From Paraspadella gotoi (lineage: Eukaryota; Animalia; Chaetognatha), in the NCBI GenBank assembly GCA_051294375.1, contig CM119270.1:7870812-7934811 (forward strand): a DNA stretch of 64,000 nt, written 5' to 3'. A model generated the notes under the pieces. The model worked only from the letters and a program-made list of their open reading frames with translations. It did no database searches and was not told the origin of the DNA. Every line of letters starts with the position of its first letter. Position 1 is the first letter of the stretch. Positions 29,784 through 42,328 of the stretch are shown one piece after another. Both the position numbers and the translations under genes were made by a program.

Positions 29784-30205
29784 GTGAGTTCATTTGTTTT
29801 CTTTGTTTATTCTTTTTTTTTTTAAATTTTTTTATTTGTTTATTTGTTCATTTGTTTTTAGTGACACCGACGTTGACGATGATGACTTTCAAAGGATAAA
29901 AATTGATGACAAAATCAGGATAAAATGTCAGCTAAATAAGTAAACCTAAAAAAGTTTAAAAAAATTTAAAACAATTAGAACATGAAGATGATAGCCATTT
30001 AAAACAAATTATAATTCGATATTAAATATTCCTCCCGTGGAAATCTCCAATCGTCCCGTCAGGGGTCTCTCCACGAATTTTATCTTTGTTTTGCTTCGGC
30101 GACTGCGGCAGCCTTTTCAGAAAGACTTGAAAAGCAATTCGATTGCAAGAGAGTACTAGTTGCTTTGCTTTTAATAGGCCCCTTTTCAAATTTCAACGAC
30201 TCTCT

Positions 30206-30282
<77 letters not shown>

Positions 30283-30438
30283 GGAGCCAAAGTTTCTTCT
30301 TTTATGACGAAATTTAAGCCGTTTTCGTCATTTTTTTAGAAACTTTTTGCTTTTCCACTTTTTTGTCGACAAACACTTTTTGGTGTTTGCTGGGGAATAG
30401 GATTTTTTTTCGTCCCAAACAGAGAGAGAAACGGAGAA

Positions 30439-30523
<85 letters not shown>

Positions 30524-31230
30524 GAGAGAGAGAGAGATCGGAGGCTAAAAAGTAAAAGGAGGAAAAGTCTTTTTTCTCCCTCTACTCCCAAAGTCATAAA
30601 GGACGGGGTTGAGGTTCGCTGCCACCTCCTTTGCAAACTCCCGCATATTCGCCGCGAAGAGGAAAACCAGAAAAAAAAAATTTCTTTTCACGTTTTTTAC
30701 AAAATACTTTTTTTTTTTTTTTTTCTCATCTTTTGATTTTTTTCATTCATTTTTCTATTTTCTCTCGTTTTACATTCACATTGAAATTTTCTTGTCTTTG
30801 CGTCCTCTTATTCCCTGAAAATTTTTTTACAAAATTGTTACGTAAGTTATCTAACTAATTTGTTTTTCTGTAAAGTTATAATTCAGAACATCAAAATATG
30901 AAAAAAACAGATAACCGAGAGAATAAAAAAATAAAACGAAACGTCTTCTTCTTAGAACGAGAAAGAAAAAAATGGGAGAAAAAAAGGGGAAAAAAAGAGA
31001 AAAAAAAAGAAAAAAAGAGAGAAAAAAGAGAAAAAAAGGAGAAAAAAAAAGGAAAAAAAAAGAAAAAAAAAGTAAAAAGGGAAAAAAAGAGAAAAAAAGG
31101 GGAAAAGGGAAAAGAGAAAAAAAAATGAGCGAAGGCGACGGAATTAATTGGAGAAAAGCGACGTTGATCTAAAGGAAAAATAAAATCCTGCTGGACCCTT
31201 GAAGCACCTCTTTCCAGGCCACCAAGCCAG

Positions 31231-31286
<56 letters not shown>

Positions 31287-31536
31287 GAGAGAGAGAAAGA
31301 GCAGAGAGAGATGGGGTCAGAAATCTCCTAGCAGACAGCTCGAAGCGGAGAGTCGCTAGATATACGTCCTCTCCTAATGAGATTCAGAAAATACATCAAG
31401 GCAGATTCTCTCTCTGATTTGTAATGGGGATTTCAACGGTTGAGTCTCTCTTATCACTGCGGTTTCACGGTACGACGAAAAATCCAGTTTTATCACTTTC
31501 CGCTTTACCAACCGGCGTTAGGAGAACATACCGATC

Positions 31537-31848
31537 TAATACTTGAGGGAGTAGTCCTTTTATATAATTTAAATATTCTTTGAAATATTATATCACTTCA
31601 TTGATAGGGGGTAAAAGAGTAAAAGAGTAAAAGTGTAAAAGGGTAAAAGAGTAAAAGAGTAAAAGAGTAAAAGAGTAAAAGAGTAAAAGAGTCTTGATTG
31701 AAAGCTTGCAAAGACCTGATCTACTCTTATATAGTAAGAATGAGGGACGCCTTAAACTCCCGTCGCCTGTCCGTGTCCAATATCAGGGGCAAGATAGTTT
31801 TTTTTATTAAATGAATAATTAAATATAAATTGGTTGTACCAATTTCAT
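31537..31848 (+). mobile_element. Family A repeat, diverged copy with internal (GAGTAAAA)n tract
   Basis: Shares 5' taatact..gggagt, cacttcattgatagggg, gagtcttgattgaaagcttgca, tcaggggcaagatag and 3' ttggttgtaccaatttcat. Confidence 0.75.
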
Positions 31849-34800
31849 AAATAAAAAGTAGATTAAAACCTTTTTAAAGAACAATTTTTCACCACTCACC
31901 TCAACCGCGACCACGATTCCCGATGCCACCGTCTCGATTAACCCCGTCGAGTCGCTGACGAAGAAGAGAAGCGAAGAAGGTTGTTCATTAAAGGCCCCGA
32001 GGTTCAGGTGGAACCGATGGAAGGAAAACAACAAACAAAAGAGAAAAAAAAGCGAAGAACCAATGGAGAAAGAGAAATCCCCGAAAACAAACCGATTGGT
32101 CGGTCGGTCTTCATTCTTTCTCTTTCGACCCCTTTAACCTGTTTTCTGTTTTCTCTCTCTATCTCTCTCCCTGCTTGGTTCAGACTAGACATCTTTCTAT
32201 TTTCTTTTTCCACTTTCTCTTCTAGTCTTACTGTCTTACTTGACTAGTCCTTACCGCACTTTCTCTCTCTCTTCTTCTTCTTAACACCCCCTCCCAACTT
32301 CGTGCCTCTTTTTAACCTTTCTCACTCTTCCGGTCTTCTCTGCTCTCTCTGTCTCTGTCTGCCACTTCTCCTCATCTCATCTACCCCTCTCTCCTTCCGG
32401 GTCAGCCTTTAGGGGCGTGGAATCGGCGCCAAGGCGCTTATCGCCGCCGGCGTCTTTTCCAGCGAGACGGCAGCCAAGCGCCATATTCTTGGCCCTTTAT
32501 TTCAATCCTCTTGGCGTTATATTAAACATTTTTGGAATTGTATTCTTTATTAAATAGAAAATATATTTCGATAATTCATTAGTTAGATCCCAATCGTTCT
32601 GATATTCTTTGTTCATAATAGTAACTCATTTTTCTTGGCATTGTAATTCATATTCCAATTTTGTCGTCATTCTATTTTTATTCCTTGCATAATCGGTGAT
32701 ATTCGCATTTTATTGTCATTTTATTCTATCCTTATTCTATTCTACTTGACATTTTAAGTACTTAAAAATATTTCCTTAGCCTCTTTAAGCGTCTTTTTGT
32801 CCCTTTCTTGGCCTCTTCTTGGCCTTCGGGTCTTCTGCTTTTGGCTTCTTCTCGGCATGGAATTTTAAAAGCTCTTGGCATATTCGACGATATTTTCTTT
32901 TTTATCGAAACTTTTTTTTTTCTGTCACTTCGGCCGCTAATTACAAAGACTTTGCATATTGCATCATCTAATTTCATCTTATTTATTAATTCATTTTCCA
33001 ATCGGATCTAATATCCATGAATATTCAAAGCCTTTTCTCTTCTCTGCTTTGATTCCTTCTTTATACCACAGCTCTGACGACACCAGATCCGACCAAGCTA
33101 ATCCTCTATGCTTAACACTCTATTCTACTTACGACTTCATAAATTTATCTATTTACTTGTTTATTTGTTTATTTTATTTCATACAGCCCAGAATGTTGTT
33201 CCTTCTTTCGTCGACCGTTGCCAATATTAAAAGGTCATTTCCGTACGACTTTTCCACTCTTCCGTTGAGCACCGAAAATGATTGCCCTCTCAAACCCACC
33301 AGAAAAACAATGCCCGCCCGGAGGCCCGCGTTCACTTTTGAACGACCTAATTTGGCCTTATTCGGTGCCGAACGTATAAGCTACAGCTGACGATTATTCC
33401 AGCTAAAAAAAACAAAAAAACTAACAATAAAAGGCCTTTAGCAATTAGGCCCGTCGTTGCCAGGACAGGCCCGACAATTTCGGCCGTCTTTCCATTCAAT
33501 CTCCGTGAGCCTTCACCTCACCCGACCTCAGCCTCGGCTCACGACCTTACCCACGACCTTTCCGACATTCAACGCATCAACTCACCCTCCGCTCCAGCCT
33601 TCTTTTTTCCCCCCTTGTTCTCTTACCCTCTTAACCTCGTCGCTTCGCGCCACTCTAACCGTCGCCCGTATTCCTCACCCCACTGACCTTACCTCTTTCC
33701 TCGCTTCGTCGAGTCTCCAAGTTTCTTGCCTTTTTTTCACCGACGACGACAACAACAATAACAACTGTAGCGATGACGACGACGATGGAACACAACGACT
33801 ATTAATTGTTTTTACTCTCGGTTTCTACGTTTCCCTCGGGAGCTTTCTTTTTCTTTTTGTTTTACGAAAAAAGAAAAGATATCCAATCATCCCCTTATGA
33901 ACTTATCTCTCATAATTATTTTAAATTCTTTACTCAATGAACAGAGAATTAATGTTAAGTAAACTAATCTCAAGTGCGCCCTTGATGGATCTAAGTCCAT
34001 TAGTTAATCTAATTCGTGTTCACTGCATACACACATTTCTCAATATTACAACGTCGTGGTTATATAATATATATAACAACTGCCAACAATCTACTATAAT
34101 CAATTTGTTATCGACTTTTCTCAATAAATCGTTTCATAAATTAAATATGATCTTCACTTTTTTTTCTTTTTCCGCTCTGAGAGACAAATATAAGTTTCTT
34201 GTGATTTCTCATGCGGATTTGAAAGACAAGATATCACGAATCTTCAGTGAAATGTGGTGTAGTGTGAAGGCAAGCGTGGGAGTTGTGAAGGGTATTTTTA
34301 TTTTCCCATCCTCTTTGCCTATTTCACCCTAAACAAAAACTATTCTGTATCAATAGAAATTCCATCATTTGATCTCTGAATCTGCGATCGTTTGACCTTT
34401 GAACTGTTATCCTTTTCTTTGTGATCCGATCTTTTTCGTTCTCCTTAATTTTTTTGTCTTTTTCCATATTTTTCGTTTTACTCTCCTTATTTTTTCTGTT
34501 TTCTGTTTATCTACACTTAAATTTGACAAATATTCCGATAAAAAAAGTGCGGTTCAATATACTTCGTGATAACTTTTACAGAAGTTTAGCCAGTTTTAAA
34601 ATTGTTTAAAATAACATTCTAAAAATAAAGTTCTGAAAAAGAATTTGATTTTTTAACCAACTTTTTTTTAAACTTTAATATTGTCACACGTTTTGTTTTT
34701 TTTTCAAACTCGGTTTAACCTTCATTACGTATATTGAATAAATTTATTCTGTCCATTTTCTCATTTTGTTAATTCTTTTCGTCTTGACAAATTGACTCGA

Positions 34801-35404
34801 AAAATTTTCTCCCTCCCCATCTTTTTTTTTCATTTTGTTGTCATTTTTTTTCACTGAGATTTTTTTTCTTATTTTCTGTCGCTTGGTTGACCCGAGCTGA
34901 GATTAGCCAAGCAAGAAATCCAAACAGGGCGTGAAGGGAGAGATAAGGAAAGAAGAATAAGGGGGAGAGAGAGAGAGAGAGGGACAGAGATAGAGACGGG
35001 AGAAGATGGGAAGGAAAGTTAATGAAAAAAGACGACATCTGTGATCAGCGGAGGTTATATGGTTGTATTTTTTTTAAAGGGAGGAGAGTAAAAATAATAT
35101 AAAAGAGTTTCAGGAAACAAGAAAAGAAAAAAGAGAAGGAGAGAGAGTGAGAGTTTTTAAAAAAACGATTTTTATTAACCGGGGTTTCCCATGAGGCGAA
35201 TTGTTACGGCCCCTTCGTTTTAATACTTTTTTCTGGTCTTAAATTTCAAGATTTTCTTCCCAATTTTTTTTTTTTTCAACGCGCCGTAAAATTTAGATTT
35301 ATTTCATCGCGGGAGAATTTAAAAAGGAGTGAGATTGATTGAGAAAACTTTTTTTTTATAAAATATTTTTTTAAAGAAAAATAAGTAGTTGTGGATGTTA
35401 AAAG

Positions 35405-35633
35405 GATTTATTATGATTGTGATTGTTATTGTTATTATTATTGTGATGCATCTCCAGAAAGCTGGCGCCCAGGGCTTTGGACCTGCACACGTCACTGGCG
35501 TTCTCATACCGATACCATCACAACAAGCGTGACCGTGAGTGGATAGAACCCGGAACTCACGGTTGGTGAACAAGTACTTAGCTGTCCAAGCCAATGGGAC
35601 GAGGTGAGTTTCACCAAGCTATACGGGAGGCAA
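35405..35633 (-). mobile_element. tRNA-derived SINE-like repeat (family C) with (AAT/AAC)n tail
   Basis: A-box-like TGGCTTGGACAGCTAAG and B-box-like GGGTTCTATCC. Shares its body (caggtccaaagccctg..cgccagct) with the 17326 copy and ends in an AAT-repeat tail. Confidence 0.65.
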
Positions 35634-36767
35634 ATTTAGGATTCGCCACAATATAAAAATTACCAGTGAGCTTGGCAAAGACAAATGCCGAGCTTTACGT
35701 TGTGACCGTTGCAAAGTTTCTTTTTCGATAATTAAAACGAACAACTCAACTGATAGAACCGTTATTGAAGGATGACTAAAAATCTAGCACATTTAGGAAC
35801 GAACTAACCAAAGAAACGTCGCCTCGGTGACGGTCACCGCTTGGCAAAAATAACTCTGACCACTAAAATCGCGCGACGCAACTTGGTCTCGATTTAACCG
35901 ACAAATTAGACGATCGATAGACTGGATTTTGACGACAGCGCGCCGACAAATCATCACCGCAATATCGCCCGCAGCTTTACCGACGCCTCCTATGGTTATT
36001 CCGACGCCATCTTTGAACGTCCGCGCGTCTTTATCGCGCGATTTAGTTAAAATTGATGTCTTGAGATGAAAAAAAATATATGTATATACGTATAAATAAA
36101 AGAGCGCGAGATTAAGCGGAAGGCGAACACGCGTTTTCTTTAACTGCCGCCGCCGCTGCCATCTATGCCGCCCGCGAGGCCCATAATTTTGCATCAACGT
36201 TTCGCCGATCACCGTCTAACGTTCCTTTTATGTCTGTTTCTTTTTTTTCTTTTTTGTGGTTAATTTTTTATATTCTGTTCTGATTTCTTCCATTTTTTTA
36301 CTTTTTTATACTTTTTTTCTGACTATCGTCGTTGGAAGGATTTTTTTAAATTGTTTATGTTTTCTCGTTGAAATTTATGTGTGAAATATTTCATCGAATC
36401 AATTTTCTTTTTTCTCTCTTTTCTATACTACCTTAACTTTGTATATCTATATTTATTTTACTTTTTTTAAATATACGTATTATCTTATTTTTTCATCTTT
36501 TTTTTCTTTTCATTTTTCTTTTTTCATTTTCATTTTTTTCCCTTTTTTTCATTTTTTTTTATCTCTCGCTATTTCTTAAAATAGTTCTTCCGCTAAATTT
36601 CTTATTTCTTTTTTCTTTTTCTTCTTTTTAATCTCCTTTATTTTTCTCTTTCTTTCACCTTTTCTTTCTTTTCTTCCCTCCCCTCATTTTTCTCCCCTTT
36701 AATGGCAGCTCACTATTTTCCCGGCATCCGAGGGGGCGCGACACGACATAAGCAAAACTATCGAATG

Positions 36768-36887
<120 letters not shown>

Positions 36888-38351
36888 CCTACTTCACGCA
36901 CTCACAAAGGTGGAAGTCGAAACGGGGGTCAATTTAATTTTAGTTTCCTTCCATTGAATTCGAAATCAGCGGAAAAGAGAAAAAAATCTTTCTTTTTCCT
37001 CTTTTAGACTTTTTGCACCAAATAAAAAGATTTAGATTTATAACGAATACTATGAATGATTTTTTTTTGGTAATAAATCTAGCACATCTGAGTTGCCTAG
37101 TAGTTAAATTCTTTAAACCTTTAAACTTAACTTTAAACTGAATTCGTCCTATAACGTAAAGATGTGTCTCATACCTGCTTCTGCTTTTAGAAAGCTTTTA
37201 GAAACGATTATTTAAAATTGACATTTGAAAAAAAATAGAAAAAAGTTAACAAACTGAAAACACAAAGGACTAAATTACAAAATTAGAAAAATAAGAAAAA
37301 TTACAAAAAAGCAAGAATTCGTAACTTTAAAGTTGGTTGGACAAAATATGCTAACACGAGGAAGAGGGACAACATCAACAAAAGAAAAAGAAAAACTTAA
37401 AAAGACCCACTTCGACAAGAAACTATTTTTAGATGTTCTTTTGTTTTTAAACTAGTTTACGTTTCCATTATTCTCTCCCCCACCCAACCACCTCACCCAC
37501 TCAACGCCCACCAAATCCACAATTACCAATCTATCCACCTTCCCCAATTCCGCCCCCCATTTTCCAGCGAAGAAGCCGAGATGATGCTCCGTCATGCCAA
37601 GGAAGTCATTCGTCTTCATCTCGGGAAACGGGGGCAGTTGGCCAAGTCAAACCAGGGAGAGAGATGAGGAGAGAGGTAAATGAAGTGCGGAAAGTAAAGA
37701 GAAAGAGAGAAGAGAGAGAGAGAGAGAGAGAAGATGAGAGAGAGAGATGGAAGAAGGAGAACGAGAAAGAAAGAAACGATGGACGAATACAGAATAACGT
37801 TTTTTAAAGTCCCCGAGATTCTTTTTTTTTTTCTCTCGCGGACTTCTTCGTCACAAAACTGTCACAAAAGTGTCACAAAACTGTCACAATCTATCAGGAA
37901 TGGGTTTGGGCGAAGCTTTCTCCTTTCTTTCTCCTCGGATACTTAACCGGTTGCATCGGTTTTTAGCGGAGACCCACAGGACCACAGTACTTAGTATCAC
38001 TGTACCCAAGTATCTCTGCCCCTTATTTTTTTTTTGTAACCCTGCACAATTCTTCAACTTGAAACCACAACTCCTAAACTCTTCCCTTAGTTTACTTGAC
38101 TTGAAATCAGCTAAAAGCGAGGGTCTTTTTCGATAAACCCTATCGACCGAACTTAAATAAATCCGATCATAAGGAGAGAAAGGAAAATTGGAAACAGAGG
38201 AATGGATTATAGAGAATCTCTGTCCACTGACTTGAATGGGATCATCATTGACCACACGTCAATGACCACATTCCACACCTGACGCAGTAGTATATGTAGA
38301 GAACTGTGGTACCCTTCTCGACTTGCTCATTCCTCTTCGAACTTTCCGCAG

Positions 38352-38829
38352 GCGATTCGTCTCCGGGTCATCAACCGTCGTTGATCATCGACTCCAGACC
38401 CGAGCAGCAGCTTTTTCTACAACAACAGCAGCAGCTCCAGCAACAGCAGAATCAGCAGCAAACTCAGCAACCGACCAACGAGGAATCCGATTTTCGTGGA
38501 AGTGAAAAGAGCCACTCAGCCGCGCCCACGACCACGCCTACCGCCACGCCCACTACCACGCCCTCGGCGACGCCTATGGTCTCACCCATCACAGCCCCCA
38601 ACGCCATCTCACCCGATCGATCTCAATATACATCTCGAGGTGACGTCTCCATCCTGTCCGCCCCTACCGACGGAGCGCCTCTCGAGGAAAGTCCGAGACG
38701 TTCCGACTGCGACCCGAAGGGTACGCCTCTGATAGAACGGCCCAGCGAATCTCCCGCCCCGAATTGCTCGTCGGAGTCGCCCAGAGATCGAGAGATTTTG
38801 GGAGGAAGTTCCGCTTCGGCGGAGTTACG
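38352..38829 (+). CDS. Low-complexity (polyQ, S/T/P-rich) internal exon, probably N-terminal region of the FRMPD-like gene
   Basis: GC-rich open frame (GDSSPGHQPSLII...QQQQ...ILGGSSASAELR) bounded by ttccgcAG| and CG|GTGGGT. Its phase-2 end matches the next exon at 40042. Confidence 0.65.
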
Positions 38830-39360
38830 GTGGGTGATGAGGTTTAAGGTGGTTAAAGGTGGTTAAAGGTGGTTAAAGAAGAAAAAATCGTTGATTTTAA
38901 AATGAGAGACTTAGTCACTAAGTAAATGAAGAAAAGGCAAAGGCAAAGTGAGGCTTTGTGTCGTATTTGAACAAGTTTAATTCTTTTTGAGGATAAGATT
39001 TTTGGTCTTAGTTTTGTAGTAATGCTTTTTACATTCCCTTATATAAGTAAATAATAATAATAACCATTTACCCAAAGGAATATGTTTTAATTTTAATGAT
39101 TTTAGGGACAAGAAATTGTACTTATACTTGATTGTATAAAATGAGCAGAAAAATGATGTTTAGATGAGAAAAATAAGCTAAAAAAATGGAGCTGGAGAAA
39201 CGTGGGTGAGTAAACATCACTGAAGGTGGAAAAAAGCAGCAAGAAAAAAAAACGAGAAGCGAGCGGCAGAATCTGAAATCGTGTTTAAGATATTTTCAGT
39301 TTAATAAATAATTCATCGCAAGAAACGTCAAAACCATTTTCTTTGTTTTTGTTGAGATAT

Positions 39361-39429
<69 letters not shown>

Positions 39430-39992
39430 GGTGCTGCTCTCTCTCTATCTCTCTCTCTCTCTCACTTTCTCTCCCTATTTTTCTCTCACTCTGTCTCCCT
39501 CTATCTCGTTTTATATTTCCTATGAAAAAAAATCTTTTAGCACGATTAGCCAAAACGCCCGGTGATTTTTTTTTCTTTTTACGCACACAATAACTTTTTT
39601 TTGATTTCCCGCTACTTTCTTTTCCTTCTCCTTTTATTTCCTCTCTCTCCCTCTTCTTTTTTTCTTTTTTTCTTTCTTTCTTTTTTCATCTTTTTAACTA
39701 TAGCTATTTATTTTTTTCTTTCGCTTTTTTTCTTACATTCTTTTAACGTTTCCGGATTTTTTGACAAGGAAAATCAATCTTCAGGCGCAAAACTAAAAAA
39801 AAAATATTATCTTCGCAGTGAAAGAATATGTCGGGTTCTCTATAAAAAACTTTATATAACATAAGATATGTTTATTATTTGACAACATTAAATCACAAGT
39901 GAATTTATTTTGAAATTTAAAATATAACGGTATTCCAGACAACGTATATAAACAATTAAAAGTACAGTAGGTCATTCAATTACAGTTCTTTC

Positions 39993-40024
<32 letters not shown>

Positions 40025-40041
40025 ACACTTCTCCTCGCCAG

Positions 40042-40260
40042 GAATCCCATGAAGGCGGAGGACATGAGTCACGTGATCTTCCATGGTGCCACCATAGAAA
40101 ACTCGGAACTGAGAAACCTCAACGATGACGTCATTCGAATGGAACTGGCGGCGGCTGCGGCTGCGGCGGCGGCGGCGACCGCTGGAGGAAAGTTCGGTCA
40201 CAACGGAAATCTCGTCAACGGCGATTCTCTTTTGATGACGAAACCCGGGATGATGGATCG
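40042..40260 (+). CDS. Internal exon with poly-Ala tract (NPMKAEDMSHVIFHGATIENSELRNLNDDVIRMELAAAA...PGMMDR)
   Basis: CT-rich tract followed by ctcgccAG| acceptor and CG|GTCAGT donor. The frame is open and phase-compatible with the exon 38352-38829. Confidence 0.65.
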
Positions 40261-40391
40261 GTCAGTTCGTTTGTTTATATTCATTTATATATTGAAGCAA
40301 TGATTCATTGTTTTACCGCTTTATTGATTGATTGGTTCATTCATTCATCTTTTTCATTCGGTTACACGTTCGTTTATTCATTAATTATATT

Positions 40392-40424
<33 letters not shown>

Positions 40425-40427
40425 TTT

Positions 40428-41028
40428 TGCCAGCAGATGATCCACAGATGGTCCGCCCTCCGTAACGTATCTGACGACGACTTCCTCCGTCGACTGATAG
40501 ACTCACCTGCCAGCGGATGATCCACAGATGGTCCGCCTCCGTAACGTATCTGACGAGACTTCCTCGTCGACAGATAGACTCACCTGCCAGCAGATGATCT
40601 ACAGATTGTCCAACCTCTGTAACGTATCTGATGACGACTTCCTCGTCGACAGATAGACTCACCTGCCAGCAGATGATCCACAGATGGTCCGCCTCGTAAC
40701 GTATCTGACGACGACTTCCTCCTTGACAGATAGACTCACCTGCCAGCAGATGATCCACAGATGGTCCGCCTTCTGTAACGTATCTGACAGACGACTTCCT
40801 CCTCGACAGATAGACTCACCTGCCAGCAGATGATCCACAGATGGTCCCCTCCGTAACGTATCTGACGACAACTTCCTCCTCGACAGATAGACTCACCTGC
40901 CAGCAGATGATCTACAGATTGTCCACCTCCGTAACGTATCTGACGACGACTTCCTCGTCGACCGATAGACTCACCTGCCAGCAGATGATCCACAGATGGT
41001 CCGCCTCCGTAACGTATCTGACGACGAC
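40428..41028 (-). repeat. 79-bp tandem array of PDZ exon end plus splice donor (~8 units)
   Basis: Unit GTGAGTCTATCTGTCGACGAGGAAGTCGTCGTCAGATACGTTACGGAGGGCGGACCATCTGTGGATCATCTGCTGGCAG. Seven GTGAGT donors spaced 77-80 bp apart. Confidence 0.95.
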
Positions 41029-41138
41029 GGGCTTCTCGCTTCCGGCGACGAAACCGAATCCCAATTCCGGATCGCGTTCGAGGAGGAACGTCGCGGGAGA
41101 CGGAGCGGGGGGGAGTTGGTCGGGGTCGGGGGGACGCG
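40975..41138 (-). CDS. FRMPD4: PDZ domain, first half, FRMPD1/3/4-type (as assembled on the - strand; probably inverted by misassembly)
   Basis: Translates [29 protein letters not shown](G)[10 protein letters not shown], closely matching recalled FRMPD4 [29 protein letters not shown]. Bounded by ttttttttccAG| and CAG|GTGAGT. One G is missing in this copy but present in neighbouring repeat copies. The phase-1 end joins exon 47212. Confidence 0.85.
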
Positions 41139-41168
41139 CTGGAAAAAAAAGGGGGAGGGGGAGAAGTG

Positions 41169-41428
41169 AAGACGATTATTCAATCACTCCATCAATAATT
41201 CAATATCGTTCAGAACCATTGATAATTAATAATTAATTAGCATTCAAGCCGTGACGGCAATCAACTGTTAATTCAACTAAAAGACTGATTTAAAAAAAAT
41301 GAAAAATGAAACATCCATGACACAATGAATGGATGACATGATATGATGCATGACATGAATGAATAAATGAATGAATGAATGAATGAATAAGAATGAATGA
41401 AATAATAACAAATAAATAATAAATAAAA

Positions 41429-41459
<31 letters not shown>

Positions 41460-41470
41460 AATAAATCAAA

Positions 41471-41542
<72 letters not shown>

Positions 41543-41666
41543 ATNNNNNNNNNNNNNNNNNNNNNNNNNAGTTGATTGCCTCACGGCTTGAATGCTAATT
41601 AATTATTAATTATCAATGGTTCTGAACGATATTGAATTATTGATGGAGTGATTGAATAATCGTCTT
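41169..41666. other. Inverted duplicate (41169-41266 vs 41570-41666) across a 25-N gap
   Basis: The two segments are reverse complements apart from one indel, a signature of local misassembly. Confidence 0.9.
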
Positions 41667-41895
41667 NNNNNNNNNNNNNNNNNNNNNNNNNNNNNNNNNN
41701 NNNNNNNNNNNNNNNNNNNNNNNNNNNNNNNNNNNNNNNNNNNNNNNNNNNNNNNNNNNNNNNNNNNNNNNNNNNNNNNNNNNNNNNNNNNNNNNNNNNN
41801 NNNNNNNNNNNNNNNNNNNNNNNNNNNNNNNNNNNNNNNNNNNNNNNNNNNNNNNNNNNNNNNNNNNNNNNNNNNNNNNNNNNNNNNNNNNNNNN

Positions 41896-42328
41896 GTCTA
41901 TCTGTCGAGGAGGAAGTTGTCGTCAGATACGTTACAGAAGGCGGACCATCTGTGGATCATCTGCTGGCAGGTGAGTCTANNNNNNNNNNNNNNNNNNNNN
42001 NNNNNNNNNNNNNNNNNNNNNNNNNNNNNNNNNNNNNNNNNNNNNNNNNNNNNNNNNNNNNNNNNNNNNNNNNNNNNNNNNNNNNNNNNNNNNNNNNNNN
42101 NNNNNNNNNNNNNNNNNNNNNNNNNNNNNNNNNNNNNNNNNNNNNNNNCTGTGGATCATCTGCTGGCAGGTGAGTCTATCTGTCGATGAGGAAGTTGGCA
42201 TCAGATACATCACGGAGGTAGGACCATCTGTGGATCATCTGCTGGCAGGTTAGTTTATCTGTCGATGAGGAAGTCGTCGTCAGATACGTCACGGAGGGCG
42301 GACCATCATGTGGATCATCTGCTGGCAG
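41896..42328 (+). repeat. Same 79-bp array in + orientation, interrupted by N gaps
   Basis: Reverse complement of the units at 40428-41028. Confidence 0.92.

Noticed and set aside
31610-31692. (GAGTAAAA)n as interstitial telomeric repeat
   Set aside because: Not a known animal telomere motif, and it lies within a family-A element.
37884-38255. 123-aa - strand ORF
   Set aside because: No recognisable motif or convincing splice boundaries.
40428-41028. 79-bp array as tandem hammerhead ribozymes (CTGA(C/T)GA-stem) or a CRISPR array
   Set aside because: The required GAAA core is absent (GACA instead), there are no unique spacers or cas genes, and the unit is fully explained as PDZ exon end plus donor.
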